In this document: in pieces, positions 1 to 12,200 of the stretch
Layout: each line of letters opens with the position of its first letter
Numbering within the stretch: the first letter of the stretch is position 1
Source of the DNA: Bugula neritina
Taxonomy: Eukaryota; Animalia; Bryozoa
Direction of reading: 5' to 3'
DNA: 33,375 nt
Assembly: GCA_964035545.1 (NCBI GenBank)
Contig: CAXIUT010000091.1
Span: 1-33,375 of the forward strand
The notes under the pieces: generated by a model
The model's database searches: none
Seen by the model: the letters and a program-made list of their open reading frames with translations, nothing else
What the model was told of the DNA's origin: nothing
Translations under genes and position numbers: made by a program

Positions 1-93
1 CCCAACCCCAACCCCAACCCCAACCCCAACCCCAACCCCAACCCCAACCCCAACCCCAACCCCAACCCCAACCCCAACCCCAACCCCAACCCC
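1..93 (+). repeat. Left macronuclear telomere, CCC(AACCCC)15
   Basis: Perfect C4A2 repeat at the sequence start, C-strand on +, which is the orientation of a true left chromosome end. C4A2 is the Tetrahymena-type ciliate telomere repeat. Confidence 0.97.
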
Positions 94-152
94 TGGATAT
101 TAGATAGTTAAATAAAGTATTTAATACTTTTTAAAATCATTTATTGTTATTA

Positions 153-593
153 ATGAATACCATAGCATAAATATTAATTTATACTATTTTCTATACCTTT
201 TTGTTTCTATATTATTGGAAATTCTGTATAATCACAACATATGAAACCGCCTCCTCTCCTGAAATTCGACAAAAAATCATCTATAGAAACAATCCAACAA
301 TACCTCTACTTTCCAACCCGATCAGCCGGAACAGAAGACATCAACCAATAACAACTTAAATCATTTCTAATAGTAATAATAGTCATAACATCCATTTTAG
401 TTGCAACCATTTTTGCAATCAAATTCATGATAGTACTTCTAATACTAACTAGGCTACCACTAATACATACGGATAGTCAAATAATTGCGAGTAAACATTT
501 CTGATGTTCAATGGGTGGGAGTTTTACGTGTCATGCTCCAAATGCCAACAAGGTTTCAAAACTAATATTCATGGACAATGTTTGAGTAGTTGA
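153..593 (+). CDS. Hypothetical 146-aa protein with N-terminal hydrophobic anchor and C-terminal Cys motif
   Basis: ATG153-TGA593 is open in table 30. It begins MNTIAEILIYTIFYTFLFLYYWKF and ends NC..VSCSKCQQGFKTNIHGQCLSS, like the Cys-rich repeat unit of ciliate surface proteins. Confidence 0.65.
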
Positions 594-621
594 TTAATGA
601 TAGATTTGTTATTATGATATA

Positions 622-3108
622 TCAATGTTTTCTATTGCACCCGCAAGCACGCTTATACCCCTCTGTATCGCCCTAAGGAGATAGACTTTTCTGACGCTAT
701 GGCTTTTTAACCTGCTTTGGTATTGGCTTAGGCAGGGAATCTTGTGGTTATATTTTCTATTAGATTATGCTAACTGATCTAATTTTTCCTTAGTGAGGCA
801 GAGGTTAATGATTCTGGTCATCGATTTGGTTATCATTGATCCAATATCCTCTATACTTGATTTTTCCATTTTCCAGTAGCTATCCATATCCATGTCTGAA
901 GTTATTCTAAAAATTGCCTCCATATATCATACCGTTTCCATAGTTGATCTATCCATAACCACATTTTTTATCATTATAATATTCCCCTCGATATTCTATT
1001 GATGTTTTATTTTACTTGAAATAACCTTATCCATGACGAAGTCCATTAGAAAAGTTACCCCGGTAGTAGTTGCCATTCGACCAGTAGTACTATCCCTCCC
1101 CATTCGGTCTATTTCTCTAGTAATAGCCTACATAGGTCTATCCATTGTTGAATCTTTCAGTACCCATTCCATGCTTCAATGAATTTTTAAATTATCCCTA
1201 GTAACGACTTCCATTTTTCATCACAAATACTCCAAAACCTTCAACCCGATCTTTCTTCCATTCACCAATATAACTCTATCCTGATGGACTTGTCCACATA
1301 CCGCTTCCAGTTTTATGAGCATTCTACCACTGGCCATCATAAATCTACCCATTACCCCACTCGAAAACTCCTCTCCCATGCTTGACTCCCTTCCTAAACT
1401 ATCCCTTATAGTTTGAATTATCTGGAAGATACTAATGACCTTGGCCATGTTTGAGGTCGTTTTTGAGTTATCCTTAATATATTTTACCTGAGAAGTAGAA
1501 GATGATTCCTTTTCCATGTTTTTTTCCTTATTCTGAAAGCTATCCAAAGTAGACTCCATTTTGATATTTTTTTATTTGAAATAGTGAGGGAGATATTGTT
1601 CTAAATATATCATTTTTAGGTTTATAAAATCGATGAATCCAATCAACTTCATTAGAACCAAATGTCTGTCTGATAGGATGAATTATCTTTTGCTAGGCTA
1701 GTTCAGCTTGACCCACTTTCAATTCATGTTGAGATGGCACCTGAATGAGATAACTTTTCTTCTATTCTGGTAAATCAGACTTTTATATATTTTTAAATTT
1801 TTAATGACTTTTTAAATCATTTTTTAAAGTAAGACCTGTTTTCTAACTGAATTGACTTGTAGCTTTTTAGACAAATACACTACTTTGTTTTGATTTTTAT
1901 CTTGAATAATGAGGATTTGATTTTTATGGTACAAATGAGCTGTCTTTTTAGTTAGTTAGTTATTTTATGACATTTTATGGATCATCTGGTTTGTTAGGTC
2001 TTCTATCTGTTCTACTTTGCATTCTGAGAGGAGAAATATTGTTAGAACTTGGTACTGTTACAGGTTTGATGCTTGGTCCTTGTGTTGTTCTGCTTTAGTT
2101 TCTCTAGAAGACAGTGGTAGTGGGTTGCGTTTTGAATTCTGATGGATTTTAATAGAAGTTGCTGAGAGTTTATTTGAGAGGTCTTAGTGGTTTTACATCG
2201 ATAGTTTTACTGAAGACAGTTTCTTGTTATCCATATTATTTATATCTCTGTGAAAGTTTATTGATATTAGAGTGAAAACTGAAATCAAGTTTATTGATAT
2301 TTTGTAGATAAGCATTCATATTGTTATTAGTTGTTGGATTATATGAAGTATTAATGGTATTATTTCCATTTTTATTGTTATTATAGGCATTAATAAGTTT
2401 ATTTCTTCCTTGAATATTTCTTCTATTTTTAGGCGGAAGTAATTTATTTTAATCCGCATCGATAGATATCTAGGTCTGTTCTTTTATATTTTTATTTTTG
2501 TAAATTTCTTATTAATTGATATCAAGAGTAAGATAACTTGGTTTATGTAGGGGATGAAAAGGATAACTTTACTATTGCAGTTCTGGAACTAATTGAAGAT
2601 CTTAGGTTTGAACTTCTTGTGATGTTTTGTTTGGTTTGTAGACAGGAGAGCGGTAGAATGGTTTGACTGGTTGTTTGCGATGAGCTAAATATAAACGTTT
2701 TATTTATGCTTGTTTTTAGTCCTAGTTCAAAGGATATTATAACTGACGACTTGTTTTATACAGACTGGCTGAACTACGATCTTGCTTAGCTATTTAATTA
2801 ATTTGTTTATCTTATTTTAATCTTTTAAGTGTGTTCGTGTTGATCATATCTCCTCTTTTTAAAAATTTACGAATTTGGTCTATCTCTGGCAATCCTGAGT
2901 GATTTTGATGAATGGAGGCAACTGCTGGCATTTTTTGACCTCCATCAGATGAGACAGAATCGTTTTTAAAGAGAGAATTGTCAGATTAGTCTTATCTTTA
3001 TTTGAGAGGAATGAGAATGATAGGCAAATTATTATTTTGAGTTTATTTTTATTTAAGTGATTGAGGCTAGTTATTAGATTTTTAAAGTTTGAGGGGTTTC
3101 TCTTCCAT
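622..3108 (-). CDS. MORN-repeat protein (828 aa, long low-complexity N-terminus)
   Basis: One TGA-free frame of 2487 nt. About 1560-830 encodes tandem MORN motifs, e.g. IYEGELKNDLKHGQG, YKGEFRKGVKHGRG, YEGEFKNSLKHGMG, YRGNFSNGLRHGEG. Confidence 0.9.
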
Positions 3109-3206
3109 CTATAAAATTATTTATCAATTTTAATTATTATGAAACATAAACATAAATAAACTATTCCTAACTCTTATTGAAGAATTTGTAATATGATCAC
3201 AATCAA

Positions 3207-4163
3207 TCATTTCATGGTATTGTTCTCTCTCTTTTAGATTAGATCAGAATATGAGTCGTATTGACCAGAATTTATGGAACAATCTTTCAGTAATTAGACT
3301 ATTGCTTGCTTTCGATGATTTCTTTATTTGAGATTTCTCCAATTTTAGAACTTTTTCCACGACTAAGAACTTCTCCATTGATTCCATTTCCATTTTATAA
3401 ATATTTTTTTGGAGATCTAGCCTCTTGATGATTGTTGTATTTGTTCAATACTCATATATTTTGTTATTCTTTGACTTATTTAATTCTATTTCTGAATCCT
3501 TTTTAACTTTTTTAGTTTTTTATGCTATTCTAACCTTTATATTTCACATTTTTCTTACAATTATTTTTATTCTAAAATCGGTTCCATCAATTGATATCGC
3601 TTTTTTCTTTTGTGATTTTTCTTTTTTGAGACTTTTCTTATCTTATAAACTTTTCCAGATATTATTTTTTTAATAAACTAATTATTTTCTTATAGCTAAT
3701 CAACTTTAATTTGTTCTTTTTTTATTCCTTTTTCAAGTTTAATAGCTTCATCTTATTTACTATTTTTCATATCTTTTTAAAAATCTATTTTATGTTCTTA
3801 TATTTTAATAGATTCAAAAGTCTATTCATTTTAATTCTTTATTTCTCCATCAAAGAATCTTGATCTTTCCAAAATAGTAATACAATCAAAATACCACTAC
3901 CAGATAATAATCATATTTTTACCCATCAAATCTTCAAATATCGTCTTTTAGTCCTCCTACCATCTCTATATTTCATCAATTATTGCAAATATTATTTTTG
4001 AAGATTTCTATTAGGTTTATGTCTTGAAAGCTTAAGCATATTCCAATGCTCTTTCAGGGTCCATTTGCTTAAAAATACGATATGTTGTGCTTTTTAACTC
4101 ATCTTCTAAAAATGGAAGGTTAATTTGTTGTTTCTTTGGGAAAGAGTCTTACTAAAATATCAT
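3207..4163 (-). CDS. Hypothetical Lys/Glu-rich protein (318 aa)
   Basis: ATG4163-TGA3207 is open in table 30 and fills the gap between neighbouring genes. No motif recognised. Confidence 0.7.
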
Positions 4164-4323
4164 TAATTTTAAGTACAATATTATTATCAACAAAAAATAA
4201 GTATTTTGAATTTAGCAACATTCAAAAACAATAAATTTTCTTACACAAACTAAATTCTATTCAAAGAATGATCTTTTGATTTAATATTGTTATAAATTTC
4301 GATTTAATAACGAATATTTAAAT

Positions 4324-4959
4324 ATGAAAGCTCTACATATTTTGTCTAAATAGGCAACTGACAAACAAAAACCTTTACAGCTTTTCTCCAAATTGAAGGA
4401 AATTAAAAAACAAGAAGAACACATCTAAGGAGTGCCTATAGTTGAGTCAGACAACTAGGATGCTGATCATTAAAAATAACATATTCTGGTCATTCAGCAA
4501 AGACTTCAAGAGTTTAAAGAAAGAAAAGCGAGAGAAGTAGCTGAGATCTATAACAAAACGCAGGAAAGCATCGAAAACATCGTACTCAGGTTGAAGGATG
4601 ACATCCAGTATGAAGCACTTTGCGTTATGAATCCCAATAGTAAAGGCAGTATTGAAAGACAAAGTAAAACAAACAAAGATATGGGATCGACTCTGAGTGG
4701 TTCTATTGAAAAAAGCAAACAATTAGACACCCCATAATTTGATCTTCCTTCCTCAAAAGCAAGACCAAATGAGTTGACAGTCGACTTGAGAGAGTTCACT
4801 TTGGGACAGAAAGAGCAAGGCTCTTCTAACCATAGTAATAAAAGCAAGAAATAAGGAGAATAGTCTGAAGTAAGTGAGTTCAGAGTAAACGGTCGTTAAC
4901 CTTCTAGTCGAAGAATAAAAGACAAAATAATGAACTCAAACAAAAACAAGAACAAGTGA
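4324..4959 (+). CDS. Hypothetical protein (211 aa) with short coiled coil
   Basis: ATG4324-TGA4959 is open with coding-like composition. The ORF-track calls here are antisense shadows. Confidence 0.8.
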
Positions 4960-5051
4960 TCAATACTATATGCATTTATATTCGATAAAGCTTATTTATA
5001 CATTTACTCAGTTGTTTTTAAAAATCATTATTTAATTATTATTTAATCTTC

Positions 5052-5732
5052 ATGAACAACAATAACTCAACATCCCTCATCAGATCAACAATCAACGTCT
5101 TCATCTGCATAGCAGTATTGATTTCTCTCTTCCAAGAACTAGATATCTTTGGATCAAGTAGTGACTCAAACGCAACAGAGCAAAGTGCATAAGCTACTCC
5201 AGAAATCAATGTTAATGGAACAAAAGTTGATGGACTTGTCATTCTTACCACAGACAGTTTTAGGAAGGAATTTAAAGATCTACTCATAGAAAAATAATAT
5301 AACATAGAAATGAAAGATTTTCCATTTGAAGGAGAATAATACTGGATCAATTTGTTCCTTACACACGGACATATACTAGTTGTCTTTTTTTTGGTCTCAA
5401 AGTATCAAGCAGAATAAGATCAATCCAAAAAAACCAAATGGATGATCTTAGGCATGGTTCTAGTATTTGGATGGATGTTTGTCTCACCTTCTCTTAAAAC
5501 TCAAAGACTCGGATTGGAATTCAAAGGAGTTGTAGTCTATCAGAAAGACAGTTTTACAAAAGATTAAATCGCAAATAAAATAACAGCTTATGAAGAAGAT
5601 AGCGTTTTTGGACTTGACCCTCTTCCTTAAGAGCCGAAAGCAGTGAGAGCTTAGACAGCAGAGACAATTGAGCACTCATAGCCTCCACCGGAGACTTATG
5701 TATAAGTTCAAGAAGAAATAGATGATTTCTGA
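5052..5732 (+). CDS. Signal-peptide, two-TM membrane protein (226 aa) with acidic tail; possibly SelT-like fold
   Basis: ATG5052-TGA5732 is open. Hydrophobic N-terminus (INVFICIAVLISLF), two internal hydrophobic helices, ends EEIDDF. The family assignment is tentative. Confidence 0.75.
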
Positions 5733-5850
5733 TGATTGTTAACCATAAATATAATCTTTCTTATTAAATATACTGACATAGTTTTGGTTTTTAATTAATT
5801 TAGGACAGTAAATTTCGAAGATAATGGAAGATTGATGATAATAATAAGAA

Positions 5851-6039
5851 ATGGGGAACTGTTTATAGGCAAAGAAAAAGGCAATGCCGATTCCAGTAAA
5901 ACCTAGAAGAGAAAATAGAGAAAGATAAAAGATATCAAGACCATCAGTTGAGCCTTCTTATCCATCTATTGAAGATGTACTGAGATCATAAAAAATAAAT
6001 TAGAGAAAAAGGAAATCAAAAGAGTATAACTATGCATGA
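5851..6039 (+). CDS. 62-aa basic microprotein with MGNC acylation motif
   Basis: Reads MGNCLEAKKKAMPIPVKPRRE...KEYNYA-TGA and forms an island of higher GC between AT-rich spacers. Confidence 0.55.
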
Positions 6040-6214
6040 TACATTTAGCTTAGATACTTTTCAAATAAAAATAACCATAATTGTCGATAGTAATGTAAAT
6101 TTTATTTCTTCTTTTTTAAATTACCTAAATAAATACAATTATTAATCAAAATAATCATAATTAAAAGTTTGTACTTATGGATCAAATTTGATTAAAGTTA
6201 TATTAAATTTATTA

Positions 6215-6964
6215 ATGAGTGATAGTAAATACCATACAATTGACCCTCTTATCCTCTAAACCCTCAATCTCAACTAAAGAAGAATGAACCACATCCTTGA
6301 TATTTTGCATGGAAGACCTCCAAAAGAACAATCCGTTTCAAAAAGAATCAATAAAACTACATTCAAAGATAATTCAAGTGCTAGCATCAGTCAAGAAGAC
6401 AGTCTACCACCTATTTTACTTCATAGAAAAATAAATAAAAAACCTAACACCTAAAGATTATAAAGACCATAAAGAACATAAAGACATGAAAAACCTGAGC
6501 CAAAAAGTTTTAGAAAAATAATTCATAATAAATCTAATGACACCTTAAAGGGAAGTCAATCCCGTTCTTTATAAAAAATAGTCCCAGGATAAGAACAATC
6601 TCCTGAGAACAGACATCGATTTCTTAAAAAAAATAGCAGTAATAAAAAAACACAAAGAATCAATACTATATAAACAATAAATTGGTAATAATAGATGATA
6701 AAAATGCAATAATAGAAGAAAATACAACTAATGCATGACTACATGATGGGAAAGTTAAAGAAAAGCAAATCACAAGAAATAAATACAAAAGATGTCTATC
6801 GAATGGAAATATAAGAAATGGTTAGTCAACTAACACCTATCTAGGAATTGGAATAAGCAGAAAAGAAGATGCAGAAAATGAAAAAAAGAAATAAACATCT
6901 ATTTACTTTTGATAAAAAATACTTCCTTAAATTGAACTCACATGATATGGTAGTATTATCCTGA
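6215..6964 (+). CDS. Hypothetical protein (249 aa)
   Basis: ATG6215-TGA6964 is open in table 30. No motif recognised. Confidence 0.75.
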
Positions 6965-7080
6965 ATGATTTATCTTAATATATTTTAATATCTTCTTAGA
7001 AACTCAAATTCAATATTTCATATGAGTTTGATTAGTTAAATGAAAAATGAAGTTCTATTTTATAATCGAGTGAATTAAAA

Positions 7081-8527
7081 ATGGAAAAAAAAGAGAAATA
7101 ACATCGACCAAAACATAAAAAGAAAACCAAAACAGCCACTAACTAGTAAAAATATAAAACATCTGAACTAATCGCATAACTCAAAAAGATGGGACAACTT
7201 CCCAAAGAAAAACTTCTTTAGATCATCAATGAATCACAAAATATCATCAGTAACTTTTACAATAGTCAGAAAATTAACCAACAGTTCTTAAGCTAACATC
7301 ATCAATAATAATAGTTGGAGATATCCATGGACAATTCCATGATCTACTCAATCTATTTGATAAATTTGGATATCCTCCAACTGTTAGTTATCTTTTCCTT
7401 GGAGATTATGTCGATAGAGGACGGTTTTGTATCGAAGTTATGACAATTATGCTTGCACTAAAAATAAATTATCCCAAAAATATTTATTTACTCAGAGGAA
7501 ATCATGAAGGAAAAGTCATGACAACTTTATTTAACTTCAAAATAGAATGTACTTCTTTTTCAAATAAAGGTTAAGCTAAATATCAAAGCGAAGTCTACTA
7601 GTACTTTGTTGATTTTTTCACAAATTTACCTCTCTGCGCTATCATTGATAATAAATATTTTGCAGTTCATGGAGGACTCTCCCCAAAAGCCCAAACTATT
7701 GGTATTTTTATCATAAAAAAGATGATCTTTAAAAAATAAACAGATTTGTAGAAATACCTGACCAAGGTACAGTATGTGATCTCCTTTGGAGTGACCCTAT
7801 TGACTAGAATCATGAACAATGGCTTAATAATAAAAATCGATCATGTTCTTACTACTATAGTCCCAATCAATCTAAAAACTTCTTAACAAATAATTCTTTA
7901 AGAATGATTATAAGAGGACATTAAGTTCAATTGAAAGGTTATAAATATCAAAATGGTAGCAATAACTAACCTTTAGTTTTAACTATCTTTTCTGCTCCAA
8001 GGTATTGTGATACTTATCGAAATAAAGGAGCTATAGCTGTTATTAATGTATTTTTAGCATAATTAAGGGAAAAAAGTATCTTTATTCAATCTTTCAAAGA
8101 AGTTTAACACCCTTTTGTGCTAAGTAACTACCTTAATGCTTTTCAGTTAAGTTTTCCTGTCATGGCAGTAGGTGTGACTCGTATATTCAATCACATCTTG
8201 AAATATAATAAGATGAAAAAAGGTTTAAAAAAAGATAAATAAATAGATATGGTCCAAACCTATGAACACTTATAATCAATAGAATAGACTCTCGCTTTTC
8301 ATGCCAGATAAATAACAAATTTATTAAACATTTCATCACAAACAGCCGAAGGACTAATCACTGCAGATTAAAATATTTAATAAAGTCTAATATAGGCTAA
8401 TGAAATAAAAACTTTAACATCAATATAAAGATCAAAATAACCAATTATATTTGGACCCAAACAAGTCTAGTTTGTAAGGGTGAAGGCAAACAACGTAGAA
8501 GATGAGGATCCATTTGATTAAGTATGA
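7081..8527 (+). CDS. PPP-family Ser/Thr phosphatase, divergent calcineurin A (PP2B)-like, 3-4 tiny introns
   Basis: Motifs GDIHGQ, FLGDYVDRG, LRGNHE, HGGLSP, DLLWSDP, IIRGHEVQ and TIFSAPRYC, followed by a calcineurin-B-binding-like segment HPFVLSNYLNAFQLSFP. Introns at 7250-7269, 7549-7569, 7702-7721 and probably 8048-8067. Confidence 0.93.
7250..7269 (+). other. 20-nt spliceosomal intron
   Basis: gtaacttttacaatagtcag. Removal restores the frame into KNEPTVLKL..GDIHG. Confidence 0.85.
7549..7569 (+). other. 21-nt (3n) spliceosomal intron
   Basis: gtacttctttttcaaataaag. Removal restores the conserved FNFKxECxxKY spacing. Confidence 0.75.
7702..7721 (+). other. 20-nt spliceosomal intron
   Basis: gtatttttatcataaaaaag. 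Removal joins HGGLSP..TI to DDLEKINRF in frame. Confidence 0.88.
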
Positions 8528-8571
8528 TAAATACTGTTTTTAAACATCATCAACTTTATAATTAATAATCA

Positions 8572-9151
8572 ATGTTCAAACTAAAAAATCCCCTTTAAAC
8601 CATATTCATCATAGTCACAGTTATACAACTACTCGTCCTTATCGTCCTGATATCCCTGGTAGGTAAAAACCTTACCTATACAACCAAATTCACCCCACCA
8701 TCAACCGAACAATCCCTCAAAAATTCAGTCATACTTCACGTAAAGCCAAATTGTCATTGTACTCCTTTCCAGCCTACAAATCCTCACTCTACCAAGTCTA
8801 TCCTACATAGTCTTCATCAAATCGAAACGTGTATTCATCCCTCTCTGGGCTTTATACATAGCCTTGCTTGTCCTTCTCGTTCTAATATCGCTGTACTATC
8901 TCGCAGGCAGTCAAGACTATCGAGACTATCTTTCTCAGGTGAGCAAATCCATCGAAAGCACTTCAAACTACTGCCAAATTAGTCTTTGTAATAGAGCTAC
9001 CTGTACAAGAATGGCAAGCTATCACACTTCAAGAGGAATCGTGTATGCATTTATCGTGATTGGCATACTGGGAGGAGGGTATATAGCAGGAGCAGGGTTT
9101 TATATCAATTTAAAGAGAAGAAAAACCAATGAAATTGAATTGATTATGTGA
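8572..9151 (+). CDS. Four-TM membrane protein with Cys-containing second loop (tetraspanin-like topology); one +1 frame break
   Basis: TM1 is in the ATG8572 frame. TM2-TM4 and the CQISLCNRATC loop are in the +1 frame ending at TGA9151. The switch lies at about 8660-8745 with no suitable GT-AG intron. Confidence 0.7.
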
Positions 9152-9207
9152 TATAAATATTATAGAATATCGAATGAACACTGTTTTCCATACCAACTAT
9201 CCACACA

Positions 9208-9276
9208 GGGGTTGGGGTTGGGGTTGGGGTTGGGGTTGGGGTTGGGGTTGGGGTTGGGGTTGGGGTTGGGGTTGGG
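9208..9276 (+). repeat. Internal telomeric tract (GGGGTT)11GGG, right-end orientation
   Basis: Perfect 69-bp repeat, 56 nt after the stop of the preceding gene. Confidence 0.97.
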
Positions 9277-9278
9277 AA

Positions 9279-12200
9279 GTATTACTTTAATCTTCCTGGC
9301 CACTACATGACATCAACTTCTATGTGACTCTGGACCATAGTTTTACATTATGGCAGCAAATGTTTTATCAATAAATTGATAGAATAATCAAAGTATCTAA
9401 GAACTAACTCTAAATGTGGAACTAGATAGATTACTCAAGGTTGAATCGGTTACTGGCACTATGGCTTAAAGTTGTTAAAAAAATATAGTTCTATCGATTA
9501 GAAACTGATTTCAGAAAGTTGATTTTCCACTAAAATGGACTTCTTTCTCTCTATTAATACGGTAATATGCAGTCAATCTGTCTTTTATCATAAATAGAAA
9601 AATACGATACCTTTGATTAAGGTACCACTCTAGCTGAACTTAAAAAATAAGAACAAATTTCACTTTTCAGAGATGTAAGCATCAAAATAGCACATCATGT
9701 ACTAGGTTGTCTAAAAGCTGAAATGTACTTGCCTGGAAAATAACTTATGCTCAAAGTTCTTAAAATATATGGATTCAAATATGATTAACAATTATCGTTT
9801 GATTAAAATTATTCTAATGCAGTTAGAGATAAAAATGTCAGCATTGAACAAACCAGATAAGCAAAAATAGTTTCCTACACTTTGAAAATTCTATACCAAA
9901 TCCAAACTTTAGAAGGTCTGTGTCACTACCTCTCATACCTAAAATCAATTCTTCTAGACAGAACTACTGGTCTCCTAGCAAGTGAATACGACTTATGGAT
10001 GTTTTTATATGAAACCTGTCTCAAGATGTACAGTCGCCACCCCTAATGCAGAGACAAAAGCTGGTTATAAATCGACCAAATACTAACTATTCAACAAAAC
10101 GATCCATAATTCCATCACTTCATGGCCAAAAGTTTATAAGATAAAGAAGTTTCTTTGACTTCAATTAATTTCTATATCAAAAATATCAAGAAATAACAAA
10201 AAGAAGAGTTGAAAAGTAAGATAATGAATAAGATAGGAGTTTTATTTTAGAAATAGTTTTGGAAATTTGTTTAAGATATCTTTTAGTATTATTAAAACTA
10301 GTTATAAGGCTAATAAAAAAATAAATACATGAAAAAACTACTATCAAAAATGTTCAACATTCCCTTCGATATCGTCACCTCTTCAAATCAATATGAAATA
10401 GAATATGGCTTATCATTTTTGTTATAAAATGGACTAAAATATCTTGATGATTAGATAAATCTATTCAGTTCTTAGATAATAAAAAAAATAGAATAACTAC
10501 TAATCCAAAACATCAACTAAAATACAATAACTCCAACTCTCTTGACATCTTTCAAATTATTCAACATGTTTCTAGGTACCCTCTATCTCTAAACCGATCA
10601 CCAACAACTAAACGTCCCTCATTGTTAAGCCATACTTGATTTAGTATAAAATTTTCAAAAAATAGGACTTGTATGCAGCAAAGCCACCATCAAATTGATC
10701 TATCATCTGCTATCTTTCCAATATCCTAATGAATAACTCTTCCAAAAACACCTCTAACTCCTAGCCGAACACTATTTCTGCGGAGACTACGAATAAAACG
10801 CAGATCTATCAGCCATCCACTCCAACAATCACCATAAATAAATTCTATCATCTTTTATTCTACAAAACTTCCAAAAACTAGCCACCCTTCAATACACATA
10901 AATCAAATAGCTATCATCTATACTATAAAAACCATGCTAGCAATCACTTCAACAATCCTACAATGCAGTTAGAGGCGAAAGAGATGAAGTGCTACGCGAA
11001 AGCATTCAAAATATATGTCTAGTTTTCAATTCACAACTATCTATTCAAACTTTATAGTTTAGTTTGGGTTTTGTTTCTCCTTTCGGGTATCTTCCTTCAT
11101 GGCAAATAGACTAAGAATAATCTTCTATTCTATCGCTCATTTGTCGAAGAAATGCCCATAGAAATATTGAAATTTATCTTCAAATAGTTCAATAATTAAG
11201 ATCCAATCTAATGGAATATGCTCAAAGATATAAAACCTTAATTTTGGTATAGCTATAATTCAAACAGAAGAGGAATATCCACCAGTCTATCAGCAAATAA
11301 ACTATAAATCGAACATTACTAATTACTACACAAATTGAAAAGATTGCAGTTTATTATTGATCTATCTAACTGTGTATTCGATAAACTTAATGATCACTCA
11401 CAAAAAAATATCAAAGAAATCAAACTTATCTACGAAAGAGGAATCAATAAAGTCACATAAGTACTGAAATATCTCAATAAATCCTTCATTTAGAGCACAG
11501 CCCACTTCCTACAAGATAAAATCGCTAGCCTTGCACCAGAATAAATCAAAGGACTCAATCTATCCAATGACAATGGCTCAATGATGCCCAGTTGCTATCT
11601 AGACTGCAACCCGATGCTCTTAGCTTGCAAATTATTCAATAAAATCGGATAAGTAAACTAAAGTTCAAAGGTACCTTCTTTCTAGAAGATACTTCTCCCT
11701 TGTTTTCCATAAATATCATATAACAACAGCAAAGATATTTTGACTGAACTCATTACCAAACAAATATAGATAATATCGACAATATAAAGTATCTGGCACA
11801 ACCATTCCAGCAACAGTTCTGTCAACTTGAATAAATAATGGAGCAAACAACTGACATCTCTTCTATAATCAATTAAAAATTATATCAGCATCAATAAAAA
11901 CTGCTTCAAATCTAGTTAGCTAGCCCTAGTCGATAAACTGAACGAACATATTCGCAACCTACTAAGCAAATTAGTATTGCCTGTCAGTTTGACACAACTT
12001 CTGACTAAGTAACATTGGGCAGCAACCAAAATATACAGTAACCTCATGAAAGCCAATATATAACTCATCAGCTGTCTTGATAACTAATATGAATAACATT
12101 TTATTTTGCTAGTAGAACAACTAGAATAACATCTAAAAGATAACGGAAAAGGAATCAACATACATAACAACCAAATACTGTCCCTTCTTGAACTATTCTT

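Noticed and set aside
1221-1559. 112-aa minus-strand ORF from the track
   Set aside because: It is out of frame with the MORN-repeat frame that covers it.
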